Below, piece after piece: positions 58,564 to 64,000 of a stretch of 64,000 nt of DNA; the stretch's first letter is position 1, and each line of letters begins with the position of its first letter. The stretch spans positions 32,214-96,213 of the forward strand of contig JAUCBJ010007480.1 in NCBI GenBank assembly GCA_032718475.1, given 5' to 3'. This DNA is from Nemertoderma westbladi. Its lineage: Eukaryota > Animalia > Xenacoelomorpha. The position numbers and the translations under genes were made by a program. Below the pieces are notes generated by a model that saw only the letters and a program-made list of their open reading frames with translations, ran no database searches and was not told the origin of the DNA.

Positions 58564-61500
58564 ATGGACGGGAATTCCCATTCATGTTGGCTTCCTGACA
58601 CTAATGATCCACCAAGCATTGCTATGAGGAATTATCAGAGATATTTGCCACCCAAAGGAACTAAACGTCCTTATCAGTCAGTTCACCCAGAAAATCAGCC
58701 ATCTTCATATATTTATACTACACATACACCGCAATTTGACGTGGGATTCAGTGAGGTTTACCCGAATTCCCATAATATATCAACCATTCATCCAATGATG
58801 CCTTCTGATGAAACCCCATTGAACATACAACATATAGTGCCCCCACCATTGCCACCATTTCTAGGCCATACCTTACCAGCTGCCAGAATTAGTGGTAGCT
58901 CCAATCCAACTACAAAAAAAGTAAAGACTTTGCATAGTAGTGACGGTTCTGCATATGCTGCAATAGGTTCTGTAAAAGGGAAATCAAATCTGAGTCAACC
59001 ACCTCCAAAGCAAAAATCTAGAGAAGCTGGTTTGGCTTCATTGACAAACACAGATGTTACAATGTCCAATAAACAAATAAAAGCAATGCAAAGAAATATG
59101 GACAAGTTTAAGAAAAATCCTCAAAGTTGGAAGTTCTTTGATAATATTCTCCAAATACCATCTCTAACTGAGGCTGGGAGAAAATATTTTGTAAAGTTAA
59201 TTCTGAATTGCCATTGGCATCAAGATAGGGATTTACTTTCATATAAGCTTGTGCCTGTGGGTGATGGGCGATTGGAGTATTGCCATCTAACAGCGTTGCA
59301 CATTTTCCAGACATGGGGCATGCATTCCATATCCGGAATTATAGGTGTTTCAGAATATTTACCAAATCATGCTCTCAGTACCATTACTAAACTTCTGGAA
59401 TCTGAAAAATATAATTATACAACATTTGGAGTATCAGGGGAAATTACATATCCCACTTTTAAAAATTACTTCCAGCGTATTTCTCCTCGTTGTATAATTG
59501 ACTTAAAAAAGGCATCAGGACGAACTATAAAACCCCCTACAAACCAACTTATTTTTAAGTGCACTCCTCCCTTCATCTCGAAAAGTGAATGCTCAATTCC
59601 TAGAAGACCTTTGAACTCCAGAACTTTCAATCTTACACTGACGATCCGAGGGAGTTTACATAAAATAATTAATCGTCTAAGAGAATTACAAACTGAGGGT
59701 TTTACCAATTACTTTGGAAATGCACTGCCCGTTGGAACAAACCCGAGGGTTCCTTATGAATTTATTGATAAATATATACTGTTAGGTAGATGGGATAATG
59801 CAGTTGATGCAATTCTGTCTAACGACTCTGCTCTCTATGAATGGTGGGGTACATCCAGTGAGATCATGTCTGAAACTTCTTGGTGGATGAACAATGAGTT
59901 ATTAAGTGCAGGATTGGACATATTGAAAGATTGCAATTCACATAGTATTGCATATCAGCTGATATCCTTATTAAAAAGGTATAAAAGAAATGCAGAGAAA
60001 GCCATACTAGCTCTAAATGCTCAGGGAGAACTGAGTCCTTACCGTGGTTTATACAGAAAATATTGTTGGAACAACCTGGTAACTGAGAGGTTAGAAAAAA
60101 CAAAGAGAGTTATTCTAGGCGATATTCTACTGTCAGATTCGGATTATAAACACTGTTTGGTGTCTAAGACTAATATTGCCCACTTGGTTAAAACGCACAT
60201 GATCACAGATGTCTGTATGCCATTACCAATGTCTACCGTTTGTGTTGATCATATCAATGAAAATGGATATTATGAATGGCCCAATTGGCTTACTACTGTG
60301 TGCACCAACTCAAACTCCAGGTACTCCTATTCTCGGAAATATATCACACTGAGGAAAATACAGATACAACCTTCATTTATGAGGACCGACATTGTGATTT
60401 TAAAGGAAGATGGTGACATGGGCACAGATGTACAGATCGTAAAGAAATCTAACTCCGGTACCATTGGCTCCTCGGGTTTTCTTATTAGGCCTACTGATAA
60501 GGATATTGAACACTGTAATAGAGAATCATTGGACCCAGTAGAAGACCCGAAATCTCCAAGGCCATTTGAAGATGATGTAGTGGGAGAAAATTTGGTGGAG
60601 GAATCAAAGCCAACAACTCAACCAGATATCCATAATATAATGGAATGCAGTTTCAAGGAGTCTTTGCAAGGTACGTGTCAGGGGAGTAATGCACTAGAAG
60701 GAAATTCATTCAGAGGGCCTCAGAGTCCATCTCGGGGGGAAATGGTACTGGTGGAGAAACCACAATCTCCAGGAAAACCAGAAGACAATATGCTGGAAGG
60801 GGAACTGCCAGTGCGTAGTATTGTTGCTACTTCACCCGAAGTTCAACATACTTCTAAAACGAATGATTTACTGGAGCATAGTTTAAATGAGGATTTACGG
60901 GTTTCAGCTCAGATTGATAATGTGGCGGAAGGATGTTCATTTGGGCTTCACCTTCCAGCTCAGAAGCAAGTTATGGTGGAAGTTGAGAAGCCACAATCTC
61001 CAACAGAATTAGGCGATGTGTTGGTAAAGGAACAGCAACATCCAATACAATCCATTACAGATACTGGTGAAGATGTGCATCAACATAATGCCAATACCGC
61101 CATTAATGAGTTGGAAACAAGTACAGGCGAAGTAAAATCTGAATATTCAGTGGATAAATATCTATCATATAGAGAAAATATACTGGAACGCTCTATAAAT
61201 GAAAAAGTTTCAGCGCAGATTGATGATGTGACGGTAGGACGATCATTAAGGGAACTCGAAGTTCCAGCTCAGAAGGATGTGGAACTAGTGGTGGTGGAGG
61301 TGGCGGAGGTTCAATCGTCAACCCAAAGCAGTACAGGTGGTGCCTTGGTAAGGGAACCACAACAGACAGTGCAATCGGATTGTGAAAATATACTAGAACA
61401 CTGTTTAAATAAGGATTTACAGGAGGTACAGCTGGGGACGTGGATAATAACCCAGAAGGAAACTTGGGTTTAGTATCAACTATTGCTGAAGTTTCTGAAG

Positions 61501-61916
61501 ATTTGCTTGAAGATCAGGTCAAAATTGGCATGAACAACGAATTTGACATAAACAGGGAAAGGGAAACTGAACTTCAAGAGAAACCTCTTATTTTTATTGA
61601 AGGTCAAAAAGAAAGTGAGTCCAGTAATATTGATCCTAAACTCCACGACCATGCGGTGGTAGATGACCCCATGAATATAGACACGGCTTTAATGAAAACA
61701 CAACCCAGTGGCTCGTCGCATGAGAGTAAGACAAAACATTTTAGTTTGACAATTACTGACAGTCAAACCAGGACTTCAGCTATCCATCCAAACAGCCAAT
61801 ACACGAGAGTTCTCAACTCGCCTGACAGGATCGGTGAGTTTCAGCTGCAAATAAGTCTAACTATACCAAAAGAATCCTGCGCTTCGGTCTTTGTTCGTGA
61901 ACTCATCCAACCTTAA
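58564..61916 (+). CDS. Divergent PUS7/TruD-family pseudouridine synthase-like protein, intronless; apparent 1-nt frameshift at ~61421-61440
   Basis: GFTNYFG, YCWNNLVTERL, VILGDILL, ITDVCMPLP, LRKIQIQP and, in ORF 61440..61916, LQISLTIPKESCASVFVREL correspond in order to PUS7 motifs GFINYFG, YxWN, VVGDLV, DVVLPLPG, YRKI, FxLPxxxYATxxLREL. Confidence 0.8.
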
Positions 61917-63044
61917 CGACTAATTCTTTGGTTTTGTTTACAAACAAACTTTTAACTGAACTCGCACAGACGTTTCGTTCACGAACACCCGAAATCTTTA
62001 TTATTAATTTTTGTTATTAATTTTTCTTTTGAATCGTTCGGTTTGGTCTTTTTTAAGTTATGTAATTTATTATTTATCTCGGCCTACTTGTAAGGTTGTG
62101 AGGTTTCTCTTTATGAAGTATGTTGAAGGTCGGTTCATGCTTATTTTCGGGATTTCCCACCCCTTTTCACAGTTCAACATCAACATCAAGTTCACATCAA
62201 CATGTGTCACCCCAAGTTTTTAAATGAATAACTGAAAACATATGTAGAGCCGCCCTCCGCCTCCAACCAACCCACATTATAAATACTTTGCCGTAATGTC
62301 ATTAGTTAGAAACACCCCGATGCTTTGATTATATAGATTGCGATTCGCATATAATTTTTCATAACGTCGTCGACCCGCTTCGCCTCATGGGTAGAAGAAG
62401 CAAACGAAAATAACATAAAATTCATTCGTTTAGTTTATAGTTTACGTTGTCTATATGAATTGAATTTATATCTAATTTTCGCTTTCCTGTATACGAGTAC
62501 TATTGTGCTTATCTATTATATTACATAAGGCATCCATTCCATATTGGCACCGGTATATACCTACTGTATATTGGCTTTGTGGATATGGGCTGGGCAGGTA
62601 CAGGGAGACTTACAGGGAATACATTACATTAAAGCTACATAAATTATTTACCGGTACTGGTGTTGTTTGTTGTTTCTCTTTATATATTATTTATATTTCG
62701 TCGTGTTTATTCGTCGTGCTTTCTTGGTAATTAATTATGTAGACACCGATGAATCGAGGTGCCTTGTCATACAGTATATATTACATGTAAATAAAAAATT
62801 AATCCCAACCGTACGCTGTTATTTTTAAGCTATTGGGTGTAATACTGAGCCAACATGTAAAGAACATATACGGTCTGTCTAGTGTCGTCGATCTTGAAAT
62901 ACCAATTGCAATGAAAAAATATAAGATGCGTCACACATTTAATGGAACACCATTTATTAGGGATTTGTGAAATTAATTAATTTTAATTCGTTTTTATAAT
63001 GTATTATTATAGGTTATCCAAAAGAAACCTAATATTATCTATAA

Positions 63045-63257
63045 ATGGTTAAAGTGGAGGAGAGAAAGGCGTCAACAAGGCGTTATTGGGTTCACCATGC
63101 CAAGCGAAATACCAGGGGTTTTATGGGAAAATTTTACACGCAGTTAAGAGAAGAAGGAAAAATTAAAGAATTACACTCGCATTTAAAAAAACCTTCGATA
63201 AACTTCACGAAAAAAATATCAACTAGCCAGAAAAGCAACAAACAAGCATTTTGGTAA
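63045..63257 (+). pseudogene. Possible PIF/Harbinger transposase N-terminal remnant
   Basis: RRYWVHH....R...G.FYTQLR resembles the RRxWVHP...GEF..L..LR start of Harbinger transposases; no DDE region seen. Confidence 0.35.
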
Positions 63258-64000
63258 AAATAAATTAATTGCTGTACAATATTTTCTGGCTTGCTGCGAC
63301 CCTAAGTAACCAATCACAGGGCTCCAGCCCACCTGTATATAACTCATTCAATTTAATTGAATCAATCACTAAAATTTATGATTGTCGCAGAATAAGTTTG
63401 CTAATTATTTTCAGATTCGCTTGACAACTGTGTGTGCCCGTTAATTTAATAATTATAAATTAAGGGAAAGGACCAGGTCACATTGACTGACGGTCTATTC
63501 TAACCAAAACAATAAACGAGAATCGAAGAAATTTTAAATGGCAGAAATAAACAAAAAAAACTCACTAACTCTTATACCGGGTATTGTTTCATTTTATTAA
63601 TATTGTTGGTAATAAATAAATGTATATTTGGAAATGGAGGCCAACTTTATTTTCGGTCAGTAAAGCAAAGCCCCACCACAATCTAAGTTGCTGAACTATT
63701 TAACTTAACATCAATTAAATTGAAAATAAATTCCAAGACACCGTGCCGAACAACTAAACAGCAGAGCTACGTACTGAGAAGGACTGACTACTTTGCACGC
63801 AAGAGACAATAGTAAAAACAAAATCCTATCAATTATCTAATATCTACATCTCTATGTGAAAGGTAGTATTTTTCAGCGCTATGACCCCGAGAGAGTATAC
63901 AGTATGCACCGAGCGCGCGTAGGAGGTTTACATAAAGTAAAGTAAGTGATCGGTGAAGGCGTGAACCACCGGATGCAACCCGAATGTGACGGGATCCAGG

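Overview
AT-rich, repeat-rich eukaryotic (probably invertebrate animal) genomic DNA. Host genes: an intronless clan-2 cytochrome P450 (minus strand), a spliced SRSF7/9G8-type SR splicing factor with what looks like a pair of mutually exclusive RRM exons, and an intronless, apparently catalytically dead PUS7/TruD paralogue. There is also an unrecognised 570-aa orphan ORF. Mobile content: two full-length non-autonomous BEL/Pao-derived LTR elements (Gag + protease, pol deleted) and a related solo LTR, three Helentron-type (HINE) elements in tandem, RTE-type LINE fragments, a tRNA-derived SINE, several MITE/foldback elements and minisatellites. The main finding is that neither BEL/Pao element has a tRNA primer-binding site. 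Instead, the 11-12 nt next to each 5' LTR are perfectly complementary to a segment inside that element's own LTR, and the two sequences change together between the elements. This is the signature of Tf1-style self-priming, which I do not know from the BEL/Pao superfamily. All alignments were done by eye; no searches were run.
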